A stretch of DNA of 64,000 nt from Candidatus Ozemobacteraceae bacterium (GTDB lineage Bacteria; Muiribacteriota; Ozemobacteria; Ozemobacterales; Ozemobacteraceae): the NCBI GenBank assembly GCA_035342015.1, contig DAOQWI010000001.1, positions 270 to 64,269 on the forward strand. Reading direction: 5' to 3'. The position numbers and the translations under genes are program-made. This document shows, in pieces, positions 36,087 through 45,187 of the stretch. Each line of letters opens with the position of its first letter. The stretch's first letter is position 1. The notes beneath the pieces are model-generated. The model was not told the DNA's origin. It worked only from the letters and a program-made list of their open reading frames with translations, and made no database searches.

Positions 36087-38968
36087 GGTTTTTCACCTGC
36101 ATCTGGCTGCCGGCATAAAACTATGACGCTCTGGTCATCATTTTTTGGGCCCCATTCAGCAGCGCGGGCCAGAATCTTCTTTACAGCAGCTTCAGCCGGC
36201 ATTCCGGCAATTTCGGCGCAGATTGCCGCAAAACCTTCGAAGCCAAGCATCTGGTTCTGAGAATCTGTCGTTTCAACGATTCCATCGGTGTAAAGAACCA
36301 GGCTGCTGCCTTTTTCAATGGTTCTGCTGTCGCCAGAAACTGTAGCTTTCTGTCTGATACCGAGAGGTATGCCGGCAAGTTTCAAAATTTCGGTGTTTCC
36401 GTCGCTTCTGACAACAATCGGGTATGGGTGTCCGGCCGAAGCGTATTCGAGATACCCGGTTGCCGGGTCAAAAAAGCCCAGCCAGCAGGTCATATACAGC
36501 CGCTTTGCACCGTAGTTGAAGTGAAGACGGCTGATCTCTGAAAGCAGACTTACGGCGCTCTGAGCCTTCTCTGCATTCATGGCCAGCCACACCTTTATCG
36601 AAGCCTGGACCATTGCCGGAGCTATGCCATGCCCGGTGGCATCGCCAATCACAAGCAGAATACGCCCGTCAGGCAATTTCAGCCAGTCATAGTGATCACC
36701 GCCAAGCTCGGTGGCAGTGTCACATCGACCATACAGATGCCAGTCATCGCCGCAAAGGTTTTCTTCCGGCCATAGCGTTTCCTGAACGCTTCTTGCTACC
36801 TGGAGTTCCTGCAGGTTGTTCATGGTCCGGTTCAAGCTGCTCAGCATTGCATCAAACTCTGACACAGTTGCCCCCGCAAGCTGCAGGCGAAAATTTCCTT
36901 CAGCCATCGAAGCCAGAGCCTCACGCAGTTGACTTACCGGCTGCAAAAGCAGCGAAGAGGTAACCCGGGCTGAAAAAAGTGCCAGAAAAATTACCAGAGC
37001 CGCAAGAATCTGCAGATTACGCCGCAGCACATCAATTTTTCGGGCGATAACTTCGTATGGCTGTGCCATGATAAGAATATAACCGTCAAGATTACTGCCA
37101 CGCATTGCTGTCAGAAGATACTTTTTAGTGCTGACTTCTGTGACAAGATGGGCCGGAACGCCGCTTTTCATGACCTGATCAGCAAGTTTCTTCAACGCCG
37201 GTTCGTGAGCGGTAGCTCGTTTCGGAAAAGCCGGCCAGAATGGCGATGCCGAAACCGGTAAAGCGGCAAAACGGCCCTGCAGAGGTGACATTTTCGCTTC
37301 TCTTCTTTTGCTGGTTTTAAGCAGGTAATTTCTCTGCATGGCACTTTGCGGCATAAAGGCAAAAACCATGGCCCGGGCGTAATTATCGGCACCGACAAAG
37401 AAATCGGCATAGGTGGGCATGACGCTGCCAAGAAGATTCATGACGCCAACCTTCCCGGAACTGAGAATCAAAGCCCTTGCGAGCCAGCCACCCATATTGT
37501 TGATGACCGAAGACAAATCTGTGCTGGTCTTGCGCGCCGCTTCGTCATAGGTTGCATTAATGATTTCCAGAAGCATCTGACCGTAGATCATCATTGAATC
37601 GCGATCGCCGCTCTTTTTACCGGTGGGGTATTCACTGCTGTAAGAAACCGCAGAGTCAGGCCTGACCAGCAAAATCTGATAGATATTTTTCAAATCAAAA
37701 AGTCTGCCGGTTGCGGCAAGCTGTTTTGAAAATTCGGGCTCAGGCAGTCGTGAAGTTCTGGCGATATGGCTTTTAAAACGGCGTTCTATCTGTCGGAAAT
37801 CACCAATCATGCCTTCGTCAATCAGAGTCAGCTCTTCGAGACCGCGCTTCTGCCAGCTGTCGACCAGAACCTTCTCCTGATCGCTGCGGTCGGCGAGCCC
37901 GGTAAAAATAAGCAAAGCCAGCGGAATTCCGGCTCCTAGAAGGAAAAGCCAGGCGATTCTGACCCTAAGACCTGGGTAAAGCCTGGTTACACCCATCATC
38001 AGAGGCGTAAGTATTAAAAATACGACAAATAGAACTATTTTCAGTATAAAAGCTGCCCGGTCAAAAAGCAGGCTCTTCTCAAGAGGCTGGCTTGTCTGAG
38101 CAACTATTACCAGTCCGTCATCGGTAAACATTTTTATACCATGATAACCGTCAATGGCGAAGTTTCGCTCGCCCCATGGCAATTCGGCAAGTATTCTGGC
38201 GGTATCTGAAGCAAAACCCGATGCGTCGGGTCGCAATTTTTCAGAGTTTACCGGGTCCTGCCAGGCAAAATAAAAGTTGCGCCCGAACTTATACCTGGCC
38301 TGCAAAACGGCGTTATTCAACAACTCCTCACCTTTGATGCCGCTTTTTTTGACAAAAACGATCAGATGCCCCATGTCTGCCCCGCCTTTTGCAGACAATC
38401 TGAACCAGCCAGCCCATTGTCGATCATGTGAAGAACCGATTCTGACAATGGCACCGGGACTCTGATTCAAAATTTTATGGGCTGACCGGTAACCAGAGAA
38501 CTGCTCGACAAATCTTGCGTATTTCGCCTCAAGCCTGGGGTTGATAACGCAGTCTAGAAATCTTCTGGCTACCGCACGCGGCGGTACCGGGAGATAAGGC
38601 AGAACAACGCAATCGCCGCCACTGTCGAAGAGATAGATATCAAGAGTCTGCGAATAAGCCGAAACAATCTGCTGCAAACGCCTGCTGAAAACATCTGAAG
38701 GGTAAGGAATCGCCACCAGACTTTTAAATTCGTCATCGAATCTCTGCCTGGGCTCAGATTGCGAAGATATCGTCGACAGCATGGCTGTCATTTCTTCATT
38801 CGTATCTGCAAGTCGCTCAAGATATGTTTCAGACGCAAAAAATCCGTTGATGCCGGTCAAGAGGAACCAGGGCAGCAGCACTATAACAAGAGCCTTTATC
38901 GCTGCCTGTAAAAAAGAAGCCAGAGGCCGCTTGCGCACGGCCTCCGGCAGTCTTGAAACCCACTTCAT
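36083..38968 (-). CDS. large membrane-anchored PP2C-type (SpoIIE-family) serine phosphatase with HAMP domain
   Basis: 961 aa. HAMP-like segment VSQLREALASMAEGNFRLQLAGATVSEFDAMLSSLNRTMNNLQE, then the PP2C motif GGDHYDWL...VIGDATGHGIAPAMVQA. ATGA overlap with the downstream paralogue. Confidence 0.75.
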   Translation of the reverse strand: MKWVSRLPEAVRKRPLASFLQAAIKALVIVLLPWFLLTGINGFFASETYLERLADTNEEMTAMLSTISSQSEPRQRFDDEFKSLVAIPYPSDVFSRRLQQIVSAYSQTLDIYLFDSGGDCVVLPYLPVPPRAVARRFLDCVINPRLEAKYARFVEQFSGYRSAHKILNQSPGAIVRIGSSHDRQWAGWFRLSAKGGADMGHLIVFVKKSGIKGEELLNNAVLQARYKFGRNFYFAWQDPVNSEKLRPDASGFASDTARILAELPWGERNFAIDGYHGIKMFTDDGLVIVAQTSQPLEKSLLFDRAAFILKIVLFVVFLILTPLMMGVTRLYPGLRVRIAWLFLLGAGIPLALLIFTGLADRSDQEKVLVDSWQKRGLEELTLIDEGMIGDFRQIERRFKSHIARTSRLPEPEFSKQLAATGRLFDLKNIYQILLVRPDSAVSYSSEYPTGKKSGDRDSMMIYGQMLLEIINATYDEAARKTSTDLSSVINNMGGWLARALILSSGKVGVMNLLGSVMPTYADFFVGADNYARAMVFAFMPQSAMQRNYLLKTSKRREAKMSPLQGRFAALPVSASPFWPAFPKRATAHEPALKKLADQVMKSGVPAHLVTEVSTKKYLLTAMRGSNLDGYILIMAQPYEVIARKIDVLRRNLQILAALVIFLALFSARVTSSLLLQPVSQLREALASMAEGNFRLQLAGATVSEFDAMLSSLNRTMNNLQELQVARSVQETLWPEENLCGDDWHLYGRCDTATELGGDHYDWLKLPDGRILLVIGDATGHGIAPAMVQASIKVWLAMNAEKAQSAVSLLSEISRLHFNYGAKRLYMTCWLGFFDPATGYLEYASAGHPYPIVVRSDGNTEILKLAGIPLGIRQKATVSGDSRTIEKGSSLVLYTDGIVETTDSQNQMLGFEGFAAICAEIAGMPAEAAVKKILARAAEWGPKNDDQSVIVLCRQPDAGEKP

Positions 38969-39003
38969 CTTGAGAAAAAAACCTGCACCGGCAATCTTCT
39001 TTC

Positions 39004-40461
39004 TTAAAAGAACTGCAGAACCAGCGGCTGATCGTAATTAACCCGGTTAAATCTGATTTCGCTGGCCTCAAGAACCGGCTGCCGGCGTGAACTGAAGGCG
39101 CCTGAGTTCTCATTGCGCAACTTGTCAACCCTTACAATGCGGCCCTTGACAGTAATCGAAGCTTTTCCTGCCACCCTCGGGTCTGAAGGCAGATCTTTCG
39201 GAAACTCGACTTCAAAAGAATAGTCCATGTTTGAGTCAGCGTTTACCGAGGGCTGGCTGTTGACGAAGATATATTTTCTGCCCTTGCGGCTCGAAACAAA
39301 CTCTACCACGCCCTGCCACTCGACCGCCCTGCCAATATAGGGAACAGCATTCACGCTGACTTCATGCACATCTACGCTTCGTGAAATATTGGCTTCACTG
39401 CTTGTCTGACGGCGTTCAGAGGCCACCTTCTCCTGGGCAACCTTCTTGTTTATCCAGAAACGACTGGTATTGATCATTTCATCAGCCTGCCGTATCTGAT
39501 CGCTGGTCAGACTGCCATAATTTCGCGCCATCGACAGCAGGGGTTCAGCTTTTTCGTATTCGCCACGCTGATAAAAGTAAGAACCGCGGCTGAAATAGTT
39601 GTAGCTCTGACGGCCAGCGAGATAAGAAAGCTTACTTTTTGCCTCTTTGAGATTGGGGTTGATTTCGAGACACTTTCTGAACTGAAAAACCGCGTCTTCA
39701 ATGCGGTCCTGGGCTTCATAAGCTTCACCAAGTGCAAACTGCGCCTTCATCATGTCACCCTGAATTCTGATAGCCTGATTAAAAAAGCTCTCTGCCTTCT
39801 GTGGCATCTGCGTCTTCATGTAAATGAGCCCGATCGCATACGGAATCTCGGCGTCGGCAGGCGAACTTTTCTGAGCTCTCTGATAGCGGTTCAAAGCGTC
39901 ATTAAAGAGGTTCTGCTTAAAATACAGAAACCCGGTAAGCTTGTTGAGATTGGCATCATCAGGGCGATCACGCAGTGCCAGGTCGAAATATTTCAATGCT
40001 TCTTCGGAGCGCCCCTGAGTCAGCAGCTGCCGGGCCCGTTTTTCAGCTTCATCACCGCTCATGCTGCTGAATTCGGTCTGTTGAACGGTCTCTTTCCCTT
40101 TGAGTTTAAGCTGTGCTGCCACATCGGCTTCCAGATTCTGTTTAAGAGCATCGAGTTCGCGCCGGGCAGCCTGATAGTCGGGTTTCAACTGAACTGCGAT
40201 CTGAAACTCGATCAGAGCTTCTTTAATAAAGCCCTGAGCCTTGTAAACCCTGCCAAGATTGTAGTGGGCTTCGGGGTAACGCGGGTCAATATCGAGAGCA
40301 GCCTTGAATTCGCGATATGCTTCAAGATAACGGTTTTTGTAAAAATGGTTCAGGCCAACATCCACATGAAATTTAGGCGTCGAGGCCTCAATCAAAGTCT
40401 GAAAAAAAAGAATACCGATAACTGCCAGCAGCAGAGCCGGCATATATTGCTTTCTGAACAT
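39004..40461 (-). CDS. TPR-repeat protein with N-terminal membrane anchor/signal and C-terminal beta-rich domain
   Basis: N-terminus MFRKQYMPALLLAVIGILFFQTLIEA, followed by TPR motifs (AHYNLGRVYKAQG, AIGLIYMKTQ, etc.). Confidence 0.6.
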   Translation of the reverse strand: MFRKQYMPALLLAVIGILFFQTLIEASTPKFHVDVGLNHFYKNRYLEAYREFKAALDIDPRYPEAHYNLGRVYKAQGFIKEALIEFQIAVQLKPDYQAARRELDALKQNLEADVAAQLKLKGKETVQQTEFSSMSGDEAEKRARQLLTQGRSEEALKYFDLALRDRPDDANLNKLTGFLYFKQNLFNDALNRYQRAQKSSPADAEIPYAIGLIYMKTQMPQKAESFFNQAIRIQGDMMKAQFALGEAYEAQDRIEDAVFQFRKCLEINPNLKEAKSKLSYLAGRQSYNYFSRGSYFYQRGEYEKAEPLLSMARNYGSLTSDQIRQADEMINTSRFWINKKVAQEKVASERRQTSSEANISRSVDVHEVSVNAVPYIGRAVEWQGVVEFVSSRKGRKYIFVNSQPSVNADSNMDYSFEVEFPKDLPSDPRVAGKASITVKGRIVRVDKLRNENSGAFSSRRQPVLEASEIRFNRVNYDQPLVLQFF

Positions 40462-40573
40462 TATCTACCCCTTCGCATCAGATTGGAACCTGCCCCGTTG
40501 AATCAGGTCCGATAGTATCTGCGGTCAAGTTTACCAGAGATGCCGGACAATTAAAAGTTTATGAATCGGCAGA

Positions 40574-40864
40574 CTACCTGATGTCGTTAAGGTCTTCGAG
40601 TCTTTTGGCAGCTTCCTGCTGGGCATCGATAACCTTATGCAGATCCTGTTTAATAGCTTTGCCGTCATAACCAACCAGACTGGCAGCTTCAGTGAGGTCT
40701 GCCTTACGCCTGAGTTCGTCAACGCTGTTCGCCGGAGCCGTTTTGGCAGCAGCGGCAGGTGCATCGGTTTTCTGAGGTGCAGGGGCGCTGCCCCAGCAGC
40801 CACAAAGAAGGCCACAACCAGCAACGAAAATCAGAGCGACAAATTTTCTCATAAGCAACCTCAT
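40574..40864 (-). CDS. small hypothetical lipoprotein
   Basis: Lipobox-like N-terminus MRKFVALIFVAGCGLLCGCWG, an Ala/Pro-rich linker and a helical C-terminus. Confidence 0.4.
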   Translation of the reverse strand: MRLLMRKFVALIFVAGCGLLCGCWGSAPAPQKTDAPAAAAKTAPANSVDELRRKADLTEAASLVGYDGKAIKQDLHKVIDAQQEAAKRLEDLNDIR

Positions 40865-41019
40865 TTCAATCGGGATCCAACCCTTTCAAGGTAATACTTT
40901 TCCATGGCTCAGACAAGCAGAGATTGACTTGCGCGCAAGGCTGAACTAAAAGTGTTAAAGCACCGTTTAACTGAAAAGTGTTAACTGAATAATTGCCCTG
41001 CGAACCGAAAGGATTGCCC

Positions 41020-41388
41020 ATGAGCACAAATAAAAGTGGTGGCCTGGTCTATTCAAGTGAATGGGGTCGTATGTGCCCCGGGTGTGAGCAGCCGGCCGAC
41101 AGCTGCCGATGCCGAAAATCTTCAGGAAAAGGCAATTCTCAGCCGGGCGACGGCATCGTCAGAGTTGGTCGCGAAACCAAAGGGCGCAAAGGCAGCGGTG
41201 TGACGATCATTACCGGAATACCCGGCAGCGAAGACGACCTTAAAAAACTGGCCGCAGAACTGAAAAAGAAATGCGGCGCCGGTGGCGCCCTTAAAGACGG
41301 GGCAATAGAAATTCAGGGCGACCATCGGGACCGACTGATTGAAGAACTGCAGAAACTCGGCTACAAAGTCAAGCGCTGCGGCGGCTAA
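41020..41388 (+). CDS. yciH: translation initiation factor SUI1/eIF1 homologue YciH
   Basis: MSTNKSGGLVYSSEWGRMC...GIVRVGRETKGRKGSGVTIITG...LKKKCGAGGALKDGAIEIQGDHRDRLIEELQKLGYKVKRCGG aligns closely with E. coli YciH. An AAAGGA RBS lies 6 nt upstream of the ATG at 41020. The track's 40993 start is probably too long. Confidence 0.85.
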   Translation: MSTNKSGGLVYSSEWGRMCPGCEQPADSCRCRKSSGKGNSQPGDGIVRVGRETKGRKGSGVTIITGIPGSEDDLKKLAAELKKKCGAGGALKDGAIEIQGDHRDRLIEELQKLGYKVKRCGG

Positions 41389-41448
41389 AAAAGCATCCAC
41401 AAAGCCCGGAGAGTTTTCTGTCGGTTAATGAGCTTGTCGAAGGACCGC

Positions 41449-42282
41449 TCAACTGCCGGCTTTTTTCTGAGCCGTAATCATTGCCGCCGTGACCTGCGGG
41501 TGACGATAACGTCGCCGGCCTTTGGTCCACCAGCAGAACTGAATGGCCTCGACAGGGCAGAACTGCAGGCAGGCCATGCACTGCTCACAATGATGCTGCC
41601 AGACCGGCCGACGGGCCGAACTGAGCCTGATGTTGCCCACCGGGCAGACCTGTTCACACAAGCCGCAGCCGGTACATGCCGATAGAGCTCTGAAATGACG
41701 GTCTGAGCGGCCAACCCAGCCGGCAAATCCTTTCCAGATAAACCAGAACAGCCACGAAAATGGCGAAGGTGTAGTTTCCAACTCTGCAGCAGTTTTGGAA
41801 GCAATTAGAGGAATCAGTTTCTGCAGGCGTTCTGAAGCAGAAGCAAGCATTGCGTTGTTGACCTGATCAGAAAAAGCACCGTAAAGCGGAGTATAATTGC
41901 CCGGCATTACCAGAGCCCAGCCCGCTGAGAGTTTTATTGAAAGATGCTTCTGAAGTTCTGATGCAAAAATTCCGACAGCGGCACCAGGGGAACTGCCGCA
42001 GGTAGCGATAGCGCAAACGTAAGGAGCCCCGGAAAACCTGATGCGTTTCAGCGACTCCCTGACAATTACCGGAATGCCCGAAGCATAAACCGGAAAAACG
42101 AAAACCACTGTCTCACTATCTATCTTGAGCAGATTATCCTCGCCCAGGTTTGTCAATTCAGCCAGAGGTATCGACCGGGCATCAGAAAACTGCCTGGTAA
42201 GAGTTTGCGCAACCATAAGCGAATTGCCGGTTCCCGAAAAATAAAGAACGGTGGTGCTCATCAGATTTACCTCCAGCTGCAA
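41449..42282 (-). CDS. flavodoxin-domain / 2x[4Fe-4S] ferredoxin-domain fusion protein (EFR1-like)
   Basis: N-terminal flavodoxin motif TTVLYFSGTGNSLMVAQTL. Two C-terminal CxxCxxCxxxCP motifs (CTGCGLCEQVCPVGNI and CEQCMACLQFCPVEAI). Confidence 0.65.
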   Translation of the reverse strand: MQLEVNLMSTTVLYFSGTGNSLMVAQTLTRQFSDARSIPLAELTNLGEDNLLKIDSETVVFVFPVYASGIPVIVRESLKRIRFSGAPYVCAIATCGSSPGAAVGIFASELQKHLSIKLSAGWALVMPGNYTPLYGAFSDQVNNAMLASASERLQKLIPLIASKTAAELETTPSPFSWLFWFIWKGFAGWVGRSDRHFRALSACTGCGLCEQVCPVGNIRLSSARRPVWQHHCEQCMACLQFCPVEAIQFCWWTKGRRRYRHPQVTAAMITAQKKAGS

Positions 42283-42440
42283 CTTAACGCCAGTATATTC
42301 TAAACTGCGAAAATTTTCCTGTCAGTCAGAAACCCTTTATGCCATGCAACTGCACGAAAGTTTTTCGTGAAAGGGGCATTTATCTCTGTTATCATTGTCG
42401 CAGAGTTGACCATCAGACCATCGAGCATCAGGAGCCTCAG

Positions 42441-43796
42441 GTGCGAATTGCACTGATCAAGCCTTCATTGGGCGAAAAATCCGGCCGACCGTATCGCACC
42501 CCGGCTGTTCTTGAACCAACGGTTATCGCCCTGCTCGCCGGGCATACTCCTGAAGACGTTCAGCTGGTTTTTATCGATGAGCGACTTGAAAGCATCGATT
42601 TTTCACAAAACTACGATCTGGTTGCAATTACCACCGAAACTTTCACCGCCCTGCGGGCCTATCAGATCGCGTCAGAATTCAGACGCCGCAATACCCCGGT
42701 AATCCTCGGCGGTTTTCACCCGACTCTTCTGCCACGTGAAGCCGCCAGATATGCAGATTCACTTGCCCTTGGCGAAGTTGAAAGCGTCTGGCCCGATGTC
42801 ATCTCTGATCTCAGATCAGGAAACCTGCAACCAGTCTATCGGAGCCAGAGATCGAGCCTGCAGAATTTCAAATGCGACCGGTCGATATATGGCAAACATC
42901 GCTATCTGCCGGTCAGCCTGATAGAAACAAGCCGGGGTTGCTGTTTCAACTGCAACTTCTGCTCAGTCAGAAGCTTTTATGGATCAGAAGTCTTCCATCG
43001 GCCGATAGAAAAAGTTGTTGAAGAAATCACCAGACTCGGAAGCCGACTGGTATTTTTTGCTGACGACAACATCGCCTCTAACCCAGAGCATGCCCGCAGA
43101 CTGTTCAACGCTGTCAAACCGGCACGAATCAGGTGGGCAAGTCAGGCCAGCCTGACTTCGGCCACCGACGAAAGTTTTCTCGACGCTATGGCGGCAAGCG
43201 GCTGCATAGCCATCGTCATCGGCCTTGAATCTATCAACCCGGCGAACCTGAAGTTGATGAACAAAGACTGGAGCAACCGGCTTGGACAGCTGGAAAAGCT
43301 GCTGAACGCTTTCAGACAGCGTGGTATCATGGTTTACGCCACTTTTGTTTTTGGCTACCCGAATGACCGGGTCAGCGATATTCGCGATACCGTCGATTTT
43401 GCACTGTCACAGAAATTGTTCATGGCCAACTTCAATATGCTGCTGCCATTCCCCGGAACGCCGATTTATGATGATCTTATGAAGCAGGGTCGGCTGATTT
43501 TTCCGCAATGGTGGCTGAACCCTGATTACCGTTGGGAAATGCCTGCCTTCATGCCGGAACAGATGACTCCGGAAGAAATGGCCATGGCAGTCGGTGAAGG
43601 CCGGCGACGATTCAACAGCTATTCCGGCATTCTAAAAAGGGCCGGTGACTTTTCCGCCAATTTTTCCAGTCCGTTCAAAGCCATGCTGTTTCTGGCCGCC
43701 AACCTGGTTTCACGCCGTGACATTCACAAAAAAACCGGCATCCATCCAGGCTTCAGCAACTGCGAACTTTTTGAAACCAAACCCGGAGAAATATGA
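42441..43796 (+). CDS. B12-binding domain-containing radical SAM protein (class B), paralogue 1
   Basis: Radical SAM cluster motif SRGCCFNCNFC (Cx3Cx2C). The N-terminal B12-binding-like region aligns with the downstream paralogue from VRIALIKPSLGEKSGRPY (compare MKVTFIKPNMGLVNGRPY). A GTG start at 42441 with an AGGAG RBS is preferred over the track's 42339 start. Confidence 0.7.
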   Translation: MRIALIKPSLGEKSGRPYRTPAVLEPTVIALLAGHTPEDVQLVFIDERLESIDFSQNYDLVAITTETFTALRAYQIASEFRRRNTPVILGGFHPTLLPREAARYADSLALGEVESVWPDVISDLRSGNLQPVYRSQRSSLQNFKCDRSIYGKHRYLPVSLIETSRGCCFNCNFCSVRSFYGSEVFHRPIEKVVEEITRLGSRLVFFADDNIASNPEHARRLFNAVKPARIRWASQASLTSATDESFLDAMAASGCIAIVIGLESINPANLKLMNKDWSNRLGQLEKLLNAFRQRGIMVYATFVFGYPNDRVSDIRDTVDFALSQKLFMANFNMLLPFPGTPIYDDLMKQGRLIFPQWWLNPDYRWEMPAFMPEQMTPEEMAMAVGEGRRRFNSYSGILKRAGDFSANFSSPFKAMLFLAANLVSRRDIHKKTGIHPGFSNCELFETKPGEI

Positions 43797-45121
43797 AAGT
43801 CACCTTCATCAAACCCAACATGGGCCTGGTCAATGGCCGCCCTTATCACGACCGCGGTCGCATGGAACCGCTGACTTTTGCGGTTCTTGCCGGGCTGCTA
43901 CCCGACGATTGTGAATTCGCGCTTTTTGATGACCGTTACGAAAGAATACCTTACAGCGAGCCCACAGACCTTGTCTGCATCAATGTCGAAATTTACACCG
44001 CCAGGCGTTCTTACGAAATTGCGGCCAGGTTTCGCCAGCGTGGTGTCAAAGTCGCTCTCGGTGGGTTTCATGTCTCTATGATCCCAGAAGAAGCGGCGCA
44101 GCATGCAGACACAATCATGCTCGGCGACGCCGAAGAAGTTTTTCCACAGATGGTTGCTGATCTTGCTGCCGGCCGGCTGCAACCGGTTTATCAGGGGCAT
44201 TTCCCGCCCAGGCTCGGTGGCCTGCGCACCCGCTGGGAAATCTTCAACGGCAAAAGTTATCTGCCGCTGCGTCTTACGCAATTCAGCCGGGGCTGCCCGA
44301 ATCACTGCCGCTTCTGCGCCACCGGCTCACTGTATCAGAGAACGCATTGCTACCGCCCACCGGCCGAAGTTGCGGCAGAACTGGCTGAACAGCCGCAGAA
44401 TTTTGTCTTTTTTGTCGACGACAACATTGTGGCGCAGGCGGATGCGGCGAAAGAGTTGTTTCGCCTGCTTATTCCCCAGAAAAAGCGCTGGATAGGTCAG
44501 GCAAGTCTTAGCTTTACCGAAGACCCCGAACTGATGAATCTCATGCAACGCAGTGGTTGTGCCGGCCTGGTAGTGGGATTCGAATCGACAAACCCTGAAA
44601 ACCTGCAGCAGATGGGTAAAAACTGCAACATGCACCTCGAAAGCTATGCGCCGGTAATCGAGAAAATCAGAGAGATCGGTTTTCAGCTATGGGCTGCGTT
44701 TCTGATCGGCTATGATGCCGACGACGCGGCATCCATAAAGAAAACCGTTCAGTGGGCCATCGACCAGAAATTCTGTTTTTCTGCCTTCAACATTCTCAGT
44801 CCCTACCCGGGCACGCCGCTGTATGAAGAGATGCAGAGTCAGGGCAGACTGCTGTATGACCGCTGGTGGCTCGATGAGCGTTACCACTTTGGTGACTGCG
44901 TGTTCAAACCGGCGCGCATGACACCCGACGAACTGACCGAGATCTGTTTCTGGGCCCGCCGCCGTTTCAATCACCCGGTCAGCATTCTCAAGCGCGCCTT
45001 TGACTTTAAAACCAATGCCAAGGATTTATGGAGCCTTGCCACTTATTTTGCTTATAATCCGCTGTTTCGCCGTGAATTGTTCAAAAAGCACGGCATGGTG
45101 CTCGGCTATCACCACAAATAA
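43793..45121 (+). CDS. B12-binding domain-containing radical SAM protein (class B), paralogue 2
   Basis: Motif SRGCPNHCRFC (Cx3Cx2C). Collinear similarity to the upstream gene throughout. ATGA overlap with the upstream stop. Confidence 0.75.
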   Translation: MKVTFIKPNMGLVNGRPYHDRGRMEPLTFAVLAGLLPDDCEFALFDDRYERIPYSEPTDLVCINVEIYTARRSYEIAARFRQRGVKVALGGFHVSMIPEEAAQHADTIMLGDAEEVFPQMVADLAAGRLQPVYQGHFPPRLGGLRTRWEIFNGKSYLPLRLTQFSRGCPNHCRFCATGSLYQRTHCYRPPAEVAAELAEQPQNFVFFVDDNIVAQADAAKELFRLLIPQKKRWIGQASLSFTEDPELMNLMQRSGCAGLVVGFESTNPENLQQMGKNCNMHLESYAPVIEKIREIGFQLWAAFLIGYDADDAASIKKTVQWAIDQKFCFSAFNILSPYPGTPLYEEMQSQGRLLYDRWWLDERYHFGDCVFKPARMTPDELTEICFWARRRFNHPVSILKRAFDFKTNAKDLWSLATYFAYNPLFRRELFKKHGMVLGYHHK

Positions 45122-45187
45122 AATGCGCCCGGCCAGGGGAAACTCCTGCAACCGGGCGCACCGTATTAATCAGATGCGCTATAAAGA

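Noticed and set aside
40993-41019. ORF-track start of yciH at 40993 (MPCEPKGLPMSTNK...).
   Set aside because: Alignment with characterised YciH begins at MSTNKSGGLVYS, and an AAAGGA RBS precedes the ATG at 41020. The upstream extension would overlap the putative operator repeats.
42339-42440. ORF-track start of the first B12-rSAM at 42339 (MPCNCTKVFRERGIYLCYHCRRVDHQ...).
   Set aside because: The paralogue alignment starts at VRIALIKPS (GTG 42441 with AGGAG 8 nt upstream). The Cys-rich extension has no counterpart in the downstream paralogue. A genuine small zinc-finger N-extension cannot be fully excluded.
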